Positions 32,752 through 41,677 of a stretch of DNA of 64,000 nucleotides are shown one piece after another. The translations under genes were made by a program, and so were the position numbers. Position 1 is the stretch's first letter. Every line of letters begins with the position of its first letter. A model generated the notes under the pieces. It had not been told where the DNA came from and did no database searches. It was given only the letters and a program-made list of their open reading frames with translations. This DNA is from Armatimonadota bacterium (GTDB lineage: Bacteria > Armatimonadota > SYMT01), in assembly GCA_041690135.1 (NCBI GenBank), contig JAWLHY010000005.1, positions 340,106-404,105 on the forward strand, in the 5' to 3' direction.

Positions 32752-33555
32752 ATGGGAACTCACAGGGAGTATGCGCGGTCGGGAGTGATGGAGCAAACGG
32801 AGGCCGCAGAGCTTTCGCAAGACTGTCCGGACACGGAGAGGCTTCCCGGGCGCGAGGGGGCATTGGGACCAAGCCTACCCTCCAGGGAACTCTATCTCCC
32901 TGGAGCGCCGGAGGTCGAGGAGTGGGTACGCTGGGCGCTTGACAGTCGCTCTCCTGGGCTGATGGTGGGCCGGTTCCGGCAGTCGGGAGCGATCGCCGAA
33001 TATCCGGAGATCGCGGCCCTCATTGACGTGCCGCAGGACCCGGAGTGGCACCCGGAGGGTCCGGTCGACGTGCATACCTGCCATGTCCTCAATGCCGCCG
33101 CGGAGATCGCGTCGCGCGAGGGCCTGGAGCGTGAGGAGCGCCTCATCCTGGTTCTTTCCGCCTTGAGCCACGATTTCGGCAAGGCACACACCACCCAGCT
33201 TCGGCGCAAGGGACACCAGATGCGCTGGACCTCCTACGGTCACGAAGCCGTAGGTGGACCCATCGCCGCGCGTTTCCTGCGCCGCATCGGGTTCACCGAG
33301 GAATTAATCGGGATCATCGTGCCGCTGGTCAAGAACCACATGGCCTACCGGGACTACCGGGAAACGCATACGGGCGCCAGGACGGTGCGGCGGCTAGCGC
33401 AGCGGTTGGCACCCGCCACACTGCGCCAGTTGGGTTACCTGATCGAGGCCGACCATTCGGGGCGCCCTCCCCTGCCCAAGCAGCTTCCGGATGCGGCGAA
33501 ACGGATGTTGAAGTTGGCGGAGAAGAGCGGCGTTCTGGACGGGGTTGGGAGTTAA
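32752..33555 (+). CDS. HD-domain phosphohydrolase
   Basis: HD motif LSALSHDFGKAHT and downstream His/Asp residues. Resembles the HD domain of CCA-adding/tRNA-NT type enzymes. Start chosen at ATG 32752 (MGTHRE...). Confidence 0.6.
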   Translation: MGTHREYARSGVMEQTEAAELSQDCPDTERLPGREGALGPSLPSRELYLPGAPEVEEWVRWALDSRSPGLMVGRFRQSGAIAEYPEIAALIDVPQDPEWHPEGPVDVHTCHVLNAAAEIASREGLEREERLILVLSALSHDFGKAHTTQLRRKGHQMRWTSYGHEAVGGPIAARFLRRIGFTEELIGIIVPLVKNHMAYRDYRETHTGARTVRRLAQRLAPATLRQLGYLIEADHSGRPPLPKQLPDAAKRMLKLAEKSGVLDGVGS

Positions 33556-34268
33556 AGGGTTGCATTCGGCAAGTATGGTTCAAATTTCGTGTGCGGCATC
33601 GCAGACAGCGCTGGAATGGTTCGGATCCAAGACGAACATCTGAAGACCCGGATGGTAGGGAATGCGACGTACACCCGGCGCAGCTAGGGCCGCTTCATTC
33701 CGCAGTCGACAAATAAGACCCCGTCCTGCCAAACCGGAACCACATCGGAGTTCGTGCCACCACGATTTGGCAGAACGGGATTAGCCACAGGGCGGCGGAA
33801 CGCTACGGCGAGACGTTCCCTACCGATATACGGGCGCCCGTGAGTTCTCAACCACGCACCCCGTGTTTGCTCGTTATCGAAAAAGCGTCAAATCACGGCC
33901 CGGCTGAGCGGGCACGCTGAAGCAAAGACACCACGAATGTGGAGGGAACCATGGAACAGCGTATCGTTCAGCCTACACCTGTCGTCGTTTCCGGGCGCAC
34001 CGCCGTGCCCACGAAGGAAGAAGCTCGGGCCGCACATCAGTCCCACGTGATGGACTGGATACTCGGAATTGCCGCCATCGTTACCGGGTGGGTCATCGTC
34101 GTCAGTTGGCTCGTCTTGTTCCTCTGGGCCTGTGGCGGCTGGAGAATCCTGACCGGCTCCTGGCTTCGCTAAGTGCTTCGGAGCCGGCGCTTGGGGTACA
34201 GTGCGCCTAACGCCGGCTCCGAACCCGGCTCGGCAGGCGGGTTCCCGTCTGCCTGTTGTATGGAGCGT

Positions 34269-34862
34269 TTACCGCGCCGGTTGGCCGTCCGTTGCCGGCT
34301 TCCGCATGCGTGGCGTGGTACCCATCCTTTCCACCATGAGAACGGGCTTGCCCTCCCAGGCCACGAACTCCGTGCCGGTCAGGTTCGCCGCCGGTACGTC
34401 CTGGGCGAAGTCCATCCGGACCAGCCGGCGGACCGTTCCCGTAACCTGCACGATGTCGTCATCGACGAGGTACTCGTTCTCCGGCCGGTTCGGCATACTC
34501 GGAAAGCCCTTGGGGCTGATGACCAGTAGTTCTCCCGGTGGCAGGAACTCCTCGCCGCCGAGGGTGAAGGCGTGCGCATTGATCACGTCGTTGACTTCGC
34601 CGGCGATCGTCACTACTCGCCCCTCGTACTGCTCGGGATTATCGAGCAACTCGCCCAGACCCACGCTCAGCGGCGCAGTACCCGGAGGCGCCTGACCGAT
34701 CTGGCTCTCGGCCTCGACGGGGGTTTCGCGGGGCTGGCAGGCACTCAGCATGAGGGGGCACAGGGCCAGTGCCGTTGTAACCAGCCCACGGTGGAGCCAC
34801 GTCCCGCGTACGCCTCGTTTTCGGTAACCCAACCGCTCTCCGCCCCTCATCCTCGACAACAT
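34269..34862 (-). CDS. Lipoprotein, hypothetical
   Basis: Signal peptide with lipobox LMLSAC. 197 aa, no family assignment. Confidence 0.45.
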   Translation of the reverse strand: MLSRMRGGERLGYRKRGVRGTWLHRGLVTTALALCPLMLSACQPRETPVEAESQIGQAPPGTAPLSVGLGELLDNPEQYEGRVVTIAGEVNDVINAHAFTLGGEEFLPPGELLVISPKGFPSMPNRPENEYLVDDDIVQVTGTVRRLVRMDFAQDVPAANLTGTEFVAWEGKPVLMVERMGTTPRMRKPATDGQPAR

Positions 34863-34913
34863 CTCTTCACTTCCTCCTGCTTCGCGTGGTTTGCCCTTTG
34901 CTTTTCTGCACCG

Positions 34914-35903
34914 CTATTCCGTGAGTGTGATGACCTCGTCCGCGACGTAGTTGCCGTTTTCGAGCGCCGTGACGAACATTCCCCGCACCACGTAGCGTCC
35001 CGGTTGGACCGGCTGCCCCGCGTTGTTCCGCATGTTCCAGAGCGCGGTGTAGATGATCTCCTCGTCCGGCTCCAGCGTGCGCTGCTGCAGGATCTGGATA
35101 AATGCCTTCTCGTGCGCCCAGTTCCAGACCAGTTCGCCGTTGCGATAGATGCGGAAGTCGAACTGCTGGCCGCCCATGGGGATCTGCAGCGTTCGGTTAC
35201 TCGTGTTCCGCACCACGACCCGCAGTGGAATGCCGCGGCCGCGGTCCAGGTCGTAAGTGTCGCTGCGCAGCTCCGTCTCCACCTGGATAGCCTGGGCCAA
35301 CTGGCGCGAGGTCAGCGGAGCGTTCGCGTTCGGCTGCGGTTCTGCCTGGGGTTGGCGCGGCTGTGCGGGCTGCGGCGTCTCCGGGGTTTCCGGGGCCGCA
35401 GGCTGCGTTTGCTCCTGTCGCGTGCCCGCGACCCGCTCCGATTGGATATAGACCGCCGGTGTGGTGGCAGAATAGCGGACGTCCGCCTTGAGCGCTTCGG
35501 AGGCGAAACGCAGCGGCACGAACACGCGCCCGTCCGCGATGAGCGAAGGTACGTCGAGCGTGTAGGTGCCTGTTATGCTTCCCCAGTTTCCGGGGCCCGG
35601 CGCGGCGCTCATATCCATGGTCTGCGCGCGGGCAGCCCCCACGGGAAGCCGGACTCCGGTGCCGTCGGGTTGCCATGCATAGACGGCGCGCTGTTCGGGG
35701 TCCCACTCCACTCGCGCGCCGATCGACTCGAAGAGGGCGCGCATCGGTACCACCGTGCGGGCGACTTCGTTGACCATCTGGGCGTTCGTCGAGAGCCGCT
35801 CTCCGTTTACGAAGACCGGAATGGTTTGCGCGCTGGAGGCCTGTCCGCTCCCCAGGGCCAGCGCGACACCAGCGGCGAGGGCCCATTGCGTTTGCGTTTG
35901 CAT
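34914..35903 (-). CDS. Secreted protein with copper-amine-oxidase N-terminal-like domain and BsuPI (proteinase-inhibitor) like domain
   Basis: Start set at the ATG giving signal peptide MQTQTQWALAAGVALALGSGQASSAQ. VFVNGERLSTNAQMVNEVARTVVPMRALFESIGARVEWD matches the Cu_amine_oxidN1 fold. The C-terminal beta-sandwich (QFDFRIYRNGELVWNWAHEKAFIQILQQRTLEPDEEI) resembles BsuPI. Confidence 0.55.
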   Translation of the reverse strand: MQTQTQWALAAGVALALGSGQASSAQTIPVFVNGERLSTNAQMVNEVARTVVPMRALFESIGARVEWDPEQRAVYAWQPDGTGVRLPVGAARAQTMDMSAAPGPGNWGSITGTYTLDVPSLIADGRVFVPLRFASEALKADVRYSATTPAVYIQSERVAGTRQEQTQPAAPETPETPQPAQPRQPQAEPQPNANAPLTSRQLAQAIQVETELRSDTYDLDRGRGIPLRVVVRNTSNRTLQIPMGGQQFDFRIYRNGELVWNWAHEKAFIQILQQRTLEPDEEIIYTALWNMRNNAGQPVQPGRYVVRGMFVTALENGNYVADEVITLTE

Positions 35904-36169
35904 CACTTTCACTCCCTGCGCCGCTTCGCTGCTTCCGAGCAGTAACAACCTTCTCGGATGGACGGCGCTCCGGTCCCGTTTACCCAGGAGTGTCCCGACC
36001 GAAGCTTCGCCGACTTTTAGACCCATCGGTAGACGGCATAGGGCCTGGAGGATTGGCGGCCAGGAGGCGGGAAGTGTATGAAACGACAGGTTGAGGGTTC
36101 CGGTCCGCACCGGCGCGGGCCGAGGCGATTCGGTGGGCGTCCGTTGACGCCGGACACAGGAGAGCACGG

Positions 36170-37573
36170 ATGAGTGAGCGAGTGACGCGGCGGGAGTTGC
36201 TGGGCCAGGCGGGTCGCTCCGCGGCGACCGTGGGTGTGGTGGGTGTGGCGGGCGCGGTTACGGCCTCCGCGGCGCATGCCCAGGGTGCGGGCGGCGCACG
36301 TGAAGTGAAGAACGGCAAGCTCCAGGCGGCCCTGATTGGGTGCGGCGGCATGGGGCGCGGCAACATGAACAACTTGATCTCCCACAGGGGCGAGATCGTG
36401 GCCGTGTGCGACGTCGACTCCGAGAACATGGCGCGAGCCGCCGCCGATGCGGAGAAGCGCCAGGGACGCCGGCCGGCGGAGATCAAGGACTTCCGGAAGC
36501 TGCTGGAGCGGAAGGACATCGACGCGGTGATCATCGCCACGCCGGACCACTGGCACGCGCTGCCCTTTATCTATGCGTGCGAGGCCGGCAAGGACATCCT
36601 GTGCGAAAAGCCGATCTCCCACAACATCGAGGAAGGGCGCGCCATGGTGGCCGCGGCCCGGAAGTACGGCCGGATCTGCCAGGTGAACACCTGGCAGCGC
36701 AGCAACAAGGACTTCGTGGACGCCGTCCACTACATCCGCTCCGGCAAGCTGGGCAAAGTGACCACGGTCCGCGCCTGGAAGACCGACTGGTTTTCGATGG
36801 GCAAGAACACGCCCCAACCGGTTCCCTCCAACCTGGACTGGGACTTCTACCTCGGTCCGGCGGAAAAGGTCCCCTATACCGGCAAGAACGGCCACTTTAA
36901 CTGGCGCTGGTACTTCAACACCGCGGGCGGCAATACCGGCGACTGGGGCGTGCATATGATCGACATCGGGCTCCTCGCCATGAGCCCGGATACCGACCTG
37001 GTGATGCCGACGCACGTCTCCAGCTTCGGCGGCAAGTTCACCTCCGGGGCGGATGACGACCGCACAACGCCCGACACCCAGGTGGCCATTTTCCAGTTCC
37101 CGGAGTTCGTGCTGCACTGGCAGACCGGTCGCCGCGGCCTGGAGTACGGCTACGGAAAGCACGTCCCGGCGGGGGATGGCGGTCCGAAGCGAGACGCCCA
37201 GGACATCCTGGATAACGGCACGGCCTTCATCGCCGCCGACGGGAAGAGCCTGGTCGTCTGGCGCGGCGGCTGGATGGTCCGGGACGCGCAGGGCAACGAG
37301 CTGCCGAAGGTTTACGACGAGAGCTTCCCCCACCACGACCACATGCGCGACTGGATGGAGTGCATCCAATCCCGGAAGCAACCACGCAGCAACATCTACT
37401 CCATGTACCAGACCACGGCGGTCTGCCACCTGGCGAACGCCGCCTTCGTCTCCGGCGAAGTCGTCCGCTGGGACAAGGCCAAGGACGACATCGTCGGCAA
37501 AGCCGGCAAGAATACCCTCCCCTACGCCCGCGAATACCGCAAACCCTGGAAACTCCCCCTGCATCGGGGTTAG
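36170..37573 (+). CDS. Gfo/Idh/MocA family oxidoreductase with Tat signal
   Basis: Tat motif TRRELLGQAGRSAATVGVV. Rossmann motif ALIGCGGMGRGN. Shares a conserved C-terminal block with the paralog at 48722..50002. Confidence 0.85.
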   Translation: MSERVTRRELLGQAGRSAATVGVVGVAGAVTASAAHAQGAGGAREVKNGKLQAALIGCGGMGRGNMNNLISHRGEIVAVCDVDSENMARAAADAEKRQGRRPAEIKDFRKLLERKDIDAVIIATPDHWHALPFIYACEAGKDILCEKPISHNIEEGRAMVAAARKYGRICQVNTWQRSNKDFVDAVHYIRSGKLGKVTTVRAWKTDWFSMGKNTPQPVPSNLDWDFYLGPAEKVPYTGKNGHFNWRWYFNTAGGNTGDWGVHMIDIGLLAMSPDTDLVMPTHVSSFGGKFTSGADDDRTTPDTQVAIFQFPEFVLHWQTGRRGLEYGYGKHVPAGDGGPKRDAQDILDNGTAFIAADGKSLVVWRGGWMVRDAQGNELPKVYDESFPHHDHMRDWMECIQSRKQPRSNIYSMYQTTAVCHLANAAFVSGEVVRWDKAKDDIVGKAGKNTLPYAREYRKPWKLPLHRG

Positions 37574-38134
37574 GGGACACGGATTCACCGCGGAGATGGC
37601 CCAAAGGGCACCCCAGGACGCAGAGCCGACGCAGAGGGGCGGAGAGGTTCTCGGGGCGGAGAATAGCAAGTTAGGTTCGCTGGGTCCAGTTCTGACTGAA
37701 CGCTAAACTCAAGACGCCTTCTGCTCGCAACTGGCACCCTGAACAAACAGAGTGGGAAGCCGCTGGCGGCCACGCTCCAAGCGCAAGTAACGCTGGTGGC
37801 GTGGCCGCTTTCGTGCTTGGTCCCAAACTGGCGTGGACATGTTCACTAGGCAGCACGTCGAAAAACTCCACCCCCTGAATTACTCGCGCTCCTCCGTCTT
37901 CTCAAGTCGCTTTCCGCGTGTTCTCACGCGGAAATAGAAGGTTCCTCAATTCCGCGATCTTGTGCAGCGCTCAGCCAATTCCCTCAATTTCCCCTCTGCG
38001 TCCCCTCTGCGCACTCTGCGTCTCTGCGGTTGAGACTGCCGGGAGCCCACAGCGAGTTTCATTGCCGAGGGGGGCCGGGAACAGTGGAACGACGGACGCA
38101 CTGACTACGGCTGCCCACGCTGTCGCCGGCCTGA

Positions 38135-38704
38135 TTGCCGGAGAAGAAGACTCGCGTCCGCTCTTTCCATCCGGCGCGGGCGAAGGAGTGGAGATACGTG
38201 CGGTACCAGCGATTCGGCAACCAGTACGTGCTGCGACTGATGCCTGGTGAAGAGGTGATGGCCACGTTGTGCGACTTCGTGGAGCGCGAAGAGATCCCCG
38301 GCGGCTACTTCGTGGCGTTCGGCGCGTTCGAGCGGGTCTGCCTGCAGTACTTCGACATCCAGCAGAAGCAGTACCACGATAACCCCATCGATCGGCAGGT
38401 CGAGGTGGTGAGCCTGATGGGCAATATCGCCTGGCAGGACGCTCGCCCGAAGCTCCATATCCACGGAGCGTTTGGTGACGGACAGGCCAATACCTGTAGC
38501 GGACACGTTGCCTCGGGGATCGTCCGGCCCACCCTGGAGGTCTTCCTGACCCGGTTCGACGGCCAGGTGCGGCGTGAGAAGGATCGGGAGACCGGGCTGG
38601 ACCTCCTCGCCCTGCCGCGCGATACCTCGGAACGCGACGGTCAGGAAACGGATGAGGAAAGCGAGTCGATCACCCTGACCGGCCTGGGGCCCTACAGCCC
38701 ATAG
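38135..38704 (+). CDS. PPC/DUF296 domain protein (PCC-type putative DNA-binding)
   Basis: YVLRLMPGEEVMATLCDFVEREEIPGGYFVAFGAFERVCLQYF...LHIHGAFGDGQANTCSGHV matches the DUF296/PPC beta-fold. The start is uncertain; internal ATGs are possible. Confidence 0.55.
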   Translation: MPEKKTRVRSFHPARAKEWRYVRYQRFGNQYVLRLMPGEEVMATLCDFVEREEIPGGYFVAFGAFERVCLQYFDIQQKQYHDNPIDRQVEVVSLMGNIAWQDARPKLHIHGAFGDGQANTCSGHVASGIVRPTLEVFLTRFDGQVRREKDRETGLDLLALPRDTSERDGQETDEESESITLTGLGPYSP

Positions 38705-38816
38705 GGGGTGTGGGGGTGTGGAAGTTCGGATGTAGGGGCAAGGGGTGGATGGAGCCATCCGATCGGGGTGAGCCGGTGGCGGACGCGTGGTGAGAGTTTT
38801 TGCAAAGGAGAGAGAG

Positions 38817-40571
38817 ATGGCGAAGACGGCGGCGGATGTGATGGTCGAGGCCCTCCACGATTGGGGAGTGGAAGTGATTTTCGGGCTTCCGGGGGACGGG
38901 ATCAACGGGCTCATGGAGGCGCTGCGCACGCGTCAGGACAAGATTCGGTTCGTCCAGGTGCGGCATGAAGAGTCGGCGGCGTTCATGGCGTGCGGGTACG
39001 CCAAGTACACCGGGAAGCTGGGCTGCTGCCTGGCGACCTCCGGTCCCGGCGGCATCCACCTGATGAACGGCCTTTATGATGCCAAGATGGACGGGCAGCC
39101 GGTGCTGGCGATCACCGGGCATCACTACCACGACCTGATCGACACGCATGCGCAGCAGGATATCAACCTCGACCAGGTGCTTCAGGACTGTTGTGTCTAC
39201 AGCACCCGGGTGATGGGTCCGGCCCATGTACCGCACGTGACCGACATCGCCTGCCGGGCTGCGCTCACGAAGCGGCAGCCTGCCCATATCAACTTCCCGG
39301 TCGACTTCCAGGACATGGCGTGCGACCAGGGCGAGCCATCCAAGCGCGGCAAGCAGTACCAGACCTCGGACGTGCTGGCGTGCAAGGCGGGCCAGCCCGC
39401 GGATGAGGACTTGAAGCGCGCCGCCGAGATCATCAACAAGGGCAAGAAGATTGTGATCCTGGCGGGGCGTGGGGCGCTCGGGGCGGGCGATGAGCTGGAG
39501 CGCCTGGCGGACCTGCTGGCGGCCCCGATCGTAAAGGCGCTGCTGGGAAAGAACGTGGTCCCGGACGACAGCGAGTACACGACCGGCGGTCTCGGCTTGC
39601 TCGGCACGGCCCCCTCCCAGGAAGCCATCGAGAAATGCGATCTGCTCCTGATGGTGGGCACGTCGTTCCCGTACATCGAGTACTACCCGAAGCCCGACCA
39701 GGCCAAGGCGGTCCAGATCGACATCGATCCGCTCCGGATCGGCCTCCGGTACCCCGTGGATGCCGGCCTGGTGGGCGACGCCAAGATAACGCTCCAGAGG
39801 CTCATTCCGCTCCTCAAGCGCAACCGCAACCGGCGCTTCCTGGAGGAAGCCCAGGACGGCATGGCGCAGTGGTGGAAGCTGATGGACGAGCGCGCCAGCC
39901 ACATGGGCAAGCCGATGAAGCCGCAGGTGGTGGCGGCCGAATTGAGCAAGCGCCTGCGAGACGACGCCATCGTCTCCTCGGACAGCGGCACCATCGCCAC
40001 CTGGTTCGCGCGCCACATCAAAGCCCGCAAGGGGCAGATGTATTCCCTATCGGGAACCCTGGCCTCGATGGCGAACGGGCTTCCCTACACGATCGCCGCG
40101 CAGATCGCCTATCCCGAGCGGCAGTGCGTGGCCTTCGTGGGAGACGGCGGCTTCTCCATGCTGATGGCCGACTTCGTGACGGCGGTGAAGTACCAGCTCC
40201 CGATCAAGGTCGTCATCATCAAGAACAATAGCCTGGGCCAGATCAAGTGGGAGCAGATGGTCTTCCTGGGCAACCCGGAGTACGGCTGCGAGCTCCAGCC
40301 GATCGACTTCGCCGGCTTTGCCCGGGTGTGCGGCGGCAGCGGATTCACGATCGAGGATCCCAAGCAGTGCGGCGATATTCTCGATCAGGCTCTCGCCGTA
40401 CCGGGCCCGGTGGTGATCGAGGCGGTAGTCGACCCGTTCGAGCCGCCGATGCCCGGAAAGATCGAGCCGGAGCAGGCGCTCAAGTTCGGCCAGTCGCTCC
40501 TGCGGGGCGAGCCCAACCGCGAGAAGATCGCGATGACCGTCCTCGCGGACAAGGTGCGCGAGCTGGTCTAG
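38817..40571 (+). CDS. Thiamine-diphosphate-dependent pyruvate oxidase/dehydrogenase (PoxB-like)
   Basis: MAKTAADVMVEALHDWGVEVIFGLPGDGINGLMEAL...CLATSGPGGIHLMNGLYDAKMDGQPVLAITG is the TPP Pyr domain. Central FAD-binding domain. C-terminal TPP-binding GDGGFSMLM. RBS AAGGAG. Confidence 0.85.
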   Translation: MAKTAADVMVEALHDWGVEVIFGLPGDGINGLMEALRTRQDKIRFVQVRHEESAAFMACGYAKYTGKLGCCLATSGPGGIHLMNGLYDAKMDGQPVLAITGHHYHDLIDTHAQQDINLDQVLQDCCVYSTRVMGPAHVPHVTDIACRAALTKRQPAHINFPVDFQDMACDQGEPSKRGKQYQTSDVLACKAGQPADEDLKRAAEIINKGKKIVILAGRGALGAGDELERLADLLAAPIVKALLGKNVVPDDSEYTTGGLGLLGTAPSQEAIEKCDLLLMVGTSFPYIEYYPKPDQAKAVQIDIDPLRIGLRYPVDAGLVGDAKITLQRLIPLLKRNRNRRFLEEAQDGMAQWWKLMDERASHMGKPMKPQVVAAELSKRLRDDAIVSSDSGTIATWFARHIKARKGQMYSLSGTLASMANGLPYTIAAQIAYPERQCVAFVGDGGFSMLMADFVTAVKYQLPIKVVIIKNNSLGQIKWEQMVFLGNPEYGCELQPIDFAGFARVCGGSGFTIEDPKQCGDILDQALAVPGPVVIEAVVDPFEPPMPGKIEPEQALKFGQSLLRGEPNREKIAMTVLADKVRELV

Positions 40572-40779
40572 GGATTGCGGAAGTTAAGGGAACCGTGTTT
40601 TGCCCGCGGAACACGCGGAATTACGCGGAAAAAGACGCAGGAAGGTCGGTTGGCATCGAGGGGGGAGTATCCGGCAAACTCCTTGGCGGATACTCCCTCC
40701 CTCTCCCCTTCGAACGGGTAAGGTCAGTCAGTGGTCAGCACCAGTTCTGGATGGACCGCAGAGCGAAGGGGTCATTACG

Positions 40780-41400
40780 GAGTCCCGCTGCGAGGCGGGC
40801 CTTCGCGATGGGGGTGTGCGGATCCCGTGAGGGTGAGTGGATTAACGCTTGGCCCTATTCAGGGTGTAGTTTTAACGGTCAGCCTGGGGGGCGCATCGCA
40901 TTGGTGGCGCGGAGGCCCACACGGCCCTGTCCCGTACTCCGTCAACGGGATCCGGACGCGGTGGGCGCGAAGGCCCGCCTCCCAGCGGGACTCCGTCAGG
41001 GGGCGCGACTGGTCACCAACGGCAAGACGGGCAGCGGGTTCAGGTATCGCCAGTGGGGGAGCCGGTGTTGGGTCGCTGGTGGTGCTTGGGAGGCAGGACG
41101 GGATCCGGAGTATAGGTTCGCGAGGGCCCGCCTCCCAGCGGGACTCCGTTAGGGGGCGCGACAAGGCACCAACGGCCAAACGGGCAGCGGGTTTGGGTAG
41201 CGCCGCTTGGGGATCCGGTGGCAGTTTGTTGGTGGCGGTCGGGAGGCAGGACCTGATCCGGGGCGATGGGCGCGAAGGCCCACGTCCACATTCAGGGGTA
41301 CCCGGCACCCGGCAGCGAGACTCCGCAACAGGGCACCAACTGTCGGGACTGGTGCAGGCGCCCACCGTCGCAAACCGGAAGGCGGGCGCTTGACGTGCTC
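40780..41400. repeat. Non-coding array of ~150-bp degenerate tandem repeats (2 full copies plus partial/inverted fragments)
   Basis: The unit GCGCGAAGGCCCGCCTCCCAGCGGGACTCCGTCAGGGGGCGCGAC...GGGAGGCAGGAC...GATCCGG recurs at ~40966 and ~41116, with a partial third copy at ~41267. An inverted fragment GAGGCGGGCCTTCGCG lies at ~40790. No ORF with coding character. Confidence 0.7.
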
Positions 41401-41423
41401 TGAACGCGGACAGAGGATCTGTC

Positions 41424-41552
41424 CTAAAAGATGACCGTGAGCAGGTAAATCAAACCGAAGAGGACCACCGCGGCCAGCAGGCCGAGGAGGGCGATCCGGT
41501 AGCCGATTCCGCGGCCCGGCATCTGGTCTTCCGGCGGTCGTATCTGGCTCAT
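41424..41552 (-). CDS. Possible small membrane protein (42 aa)
   Basis: ATG preceded by GGAAGGAACACCT. Product MSQIRPPEDQMPGRGIGYRIALLGLLAAVVLFGLIYLLTVIF has a single TM helix. It is below the ORF-track length cutoff. Confidence 0.3.
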   Translation of the reverse strand: MSQIRPPEDQMPGRGIGYRIALLGLLAAVVLFGLIYLLTVIF

Positions 41553-41677
41553 AGGTGTTCCTTCCTTTCCCTCTTGACCCCGTGGTGGGGTCCATTGCGT
41601 TCGGGACTCCCCTCACGGGAGCCCCGTTGTTTCCGGTGGGTTTTCCCCGGCGCGGGAGGACCGCAAACGGAGGGCGG

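Noticed and set aside
40780-41400. Possible CRISPR array because of repeated ~150-bp units
   Set aside because: Repeat units are far longer than CRISPR repeats (23-50 bp) and directly abut one another without unique spacers. No cas genes nearby.
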